This document shows, piece after piece, positions 51,885 through 54,181 of a stretch of 54,181 bases of DNA. This DNA comes from Chromera velia. Taxonomy: Eukaryota. The position numbers and the translations under genes were made by a program. A model generated the notes under the pieces. That model made no database searches. It saw only the letters and a list, made by a program, of their open reading frames with translations, and had not been told where the DNA came from. The stretch covers positions 1-54,181 of the forward strand of contig JAHBMJ010000162.1 in NCBI GenBank assembly GCA_018398765.1, read 5' to 3'. Every line of letters starts with the position of its first letter. Positions within the stretch are counted from its first letter, which is position 1.

Positions 51885-52583
51885 TCTTCTCTTTCTTTAT
51901 GGAGTTTACGAAGGGTCCAGGGGAACCAACCCTGACCGATGGACTACAGCTTTCCTATTGTGAAAGGTGGGAAGACGGAACAGACGTGTACGACTTCCAA
52001 GCACGAAAAGCACACCAAAGGGTCACGACTGGAGAGAAAGCACAACAACAAAGCACAAAACTTGCGGTCTCTGTCTGGGTAACTTGCTGACTGACGAACA
52101 CTGGAGATGGATTTCAACAGAAGTTCGACCTCCTGATCGATGCGATCGGCATGTTACAAACAGCTCGACAATGTTCGACATGCACTCAGTGCCCATTTCG
52201 CTCATCTGGGAGGCTGTGGGAGCTATGTGGGAGCTAAATATCTCGTGCACCAAAGCTTCTTCTGTCAGAGCCTTTCCGAGCTATATACATCCCGATATAT
52301 GCCGCGCGCGCGTGCGCGTGGACCGGGATGGGCCGGGGCCGGCCCAACGCTTCATGCAGAGACGGCTAACAAAATAGCCATGCACACTGTCGTCTATGAC
52401 CTCAGATTGACCTGTGCTGCTCTGTCGTTCGGTCAGGACTCAGCCGGTCTACATGTCGCAGCCAGTCTCCAAGGTATTGCAACTGTACGTATGCCAACCT
52501 GCGGCTCGAAGACGAGGCGGCAAATGTGGCGAAGTGTGGTGGTGAATCACTGTTGTTCGTGTTCTTAATCTTCTTTTTTCCTG
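51885..52583. promoter_or_regulatory. Probable bidirectional promoter (FKBP / ABCG)
   Basis: ~700 bp between divergent genes; CpG-rich core GCCGCGCGCGCGTGCGCG..GGCCGGGGCCGGCCC at ~52301-52345. Confidence 0.5.
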
Positions 52584-54181
52584 ATGCGTGCACGAGTATT
52601 TCTGTGGCTTACCGTGGAAGCCCTGTGCCCAGTGGTACTCGCAGCTCCCTCCCTTTCCTCCTCGTCTCTCCCACAAAGGGGCGCTGCACCTCCCAGTGCT
52701 GCAGTAGAGGACGTGGAGGAGCTCCACGACCCCGTCCACCTGGAATGGAAGAACATTACGACGGCCATCCGACACCCCCACAGCGTGCAGGTGATTCTGG
52801 ATGGTGTCAGTGGAGTCGCGAAACCCGGAAGGCTTCTGGCCATTCTGGGCCCATCAGGGTCGGGGAAGACGACGCTCTTGAATTCTCTCGTGGGGCAATT
52901 GCCCAAGCAGAGGAATATCATTCATACAGGGGCCGTCTCCGCGAATGGCGTGAGTCAGGCCGACTGGCTACGGAATGGGCAGCCGCCTGGTTTTGTTCAG
53001 CAGGATGATTTGTTTTTCCCTCTTCTGACGGTGAGGGAGACTCTGCGGTTGGTCGCCGAGCTGAAGCTCCCTTCGGACATGACGCCTGAGGAGAAGCATG
53101 CTCAGGTGGATGTGGTTCTTCGGCGTCTGTCCCTCGAGAAGTGTGCAGACACGTGGGTTGGGGACACGCGTGTGCCTGGGATCAGTGGGGGGGAGAGGAA
53201 GAGGCTGAGTCTAGCGCTTCAGTTGATGGGGGGCTCTCAGGTCCTCCTGGCAGACGAACCCACCACAGGTCTGGACTCTGCACAAGCCTTCAGTGTCGTG
53301 GCGGCACTCCGACAGCTGGCAGAGGAGGGGAACACCATCATCGCCTCAATACACCAGCCCAGAAGTGCGATCTGGAGTCTGATGGATGACGTGATGCTCA
53401 TGAGGTCCGTCTATCTCTCTCGAAAAGATGCAGCAGGTGAAAGTCATTTCCTGTTACAGCTATCAACCGAGATAACATTTCATGCTCATGAAGCTGGTAT
53501 GTGTTTGGACTGTTGGCTGAGCGCAGGGCAGTCGTATTTGCATTCTTGCCCTGTTTCACACTGTGTAAAGGAATGCGCACATTGCACGTCGTGAAGAAGC
53601 AACGTGGCGAGCGGCTGATCGGGATTGTGTCTACGTTTTGGAAGCAGCACTCGGTTTTCTGTCGCGTTTGTTTCTGGGGCGATTCTGGATCTATCAGTGC
53701 TTGAAAGGACCCTCTGCGTGCTGACCTCTTGCATTATTTTCTTTTCTCACGGGATGCTTCGCTGGTTCGCTTTTTGTGCCTTCTTTTGCCCTGCACGCCT
53801 TCCTGCCTGCCCGCTTGGCTGCGTTTTTTTCGACCATCATCCTTCCTTCCTTCCTTCCTTCCTTCCTTCCTACTGCATGCGTTTGAGAGAGAAAGCAGTG
53901 AGGGCCGAGTGCTGTTCTCCGGTCCTGCCGAGGACGCCCTCCCCTACTTCGAGAGCCTGGGCTTTTCGTGTCCGGACCACTACAACCCCGCAGAGTTCCT
54001 CATCGACTTGGCAGTTGCAGACTGGGGGGCAGAGAGGAGGCAGGAGGAGGAGGGGGGACTCTCGAGCGTGCCCTCTGCCGTGCCTCCCGTGCCCTCGGGG
54101 TACTTCTCCGAGAGGTGGGCGGAGGAGTGGGAGAGGCTGCAGACGCAGAGTCTGCTCAACAAGGGGGTGGGGAGAATGCTG
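52584..54181 (+). CDS. ABCG (White-type) half transporter, 5' part; exon to 53404, next exon from 53899, runs off the window; start codon uncertain
   Basis: Walker A GPSGSGKT, Q-loop FVQQDD, signature ISGGERKR, Walker B LLADEPTTGLD, IHQP; after the intron SEGRVLFSGP..YFESLGFSCPDHYNPAEFLIDL. Confidence 0.95.

Overview
Eukaryotic, intron-rich genomic DNA; the microsatellite-filled GT-AG introns and gene style resemble a chromerid alveolate such as Chromera, which is an inference only. Two gene islands, each a divergent pair, lie among decayed transposons. The first pair is an importin-11-like karyopherin (19968-31255, -) and a Mut-7/EXD3 3'-5' exonuclease (31935-36572, +). The second is FKBP12 (50323-51884, -) and an ABCG half-transporter (52584 to the window end, +). 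The transposon-rich blocks (about 1-19900 and 36900-48300) contain: a Ty3/gypsy LTR-PBS-gag nested in a second Ty3/gypsy pol relic; a four-intron P/Kolobok-like DDE transposase pseudogene interrupted by a MITE; several satellites; a possible Penelope-like relic and a degenerate hammerhead ribozyme; two CRE-like RLE non-LTR elements, one flanked by a ~119-bp target-site duplication; and a LINE 3' half with a CCHC finger. The most notable signals are (1) non-CpG C->T/G->A, RIP-like mutation in the repeats, (2) a ~55-75-nt 3'-end module shared by unrelated LINE types, (3) the long CRE target-site duplication and (4) the spliced transposase. All family assignments come from motif recognition by eye; no searches were run.
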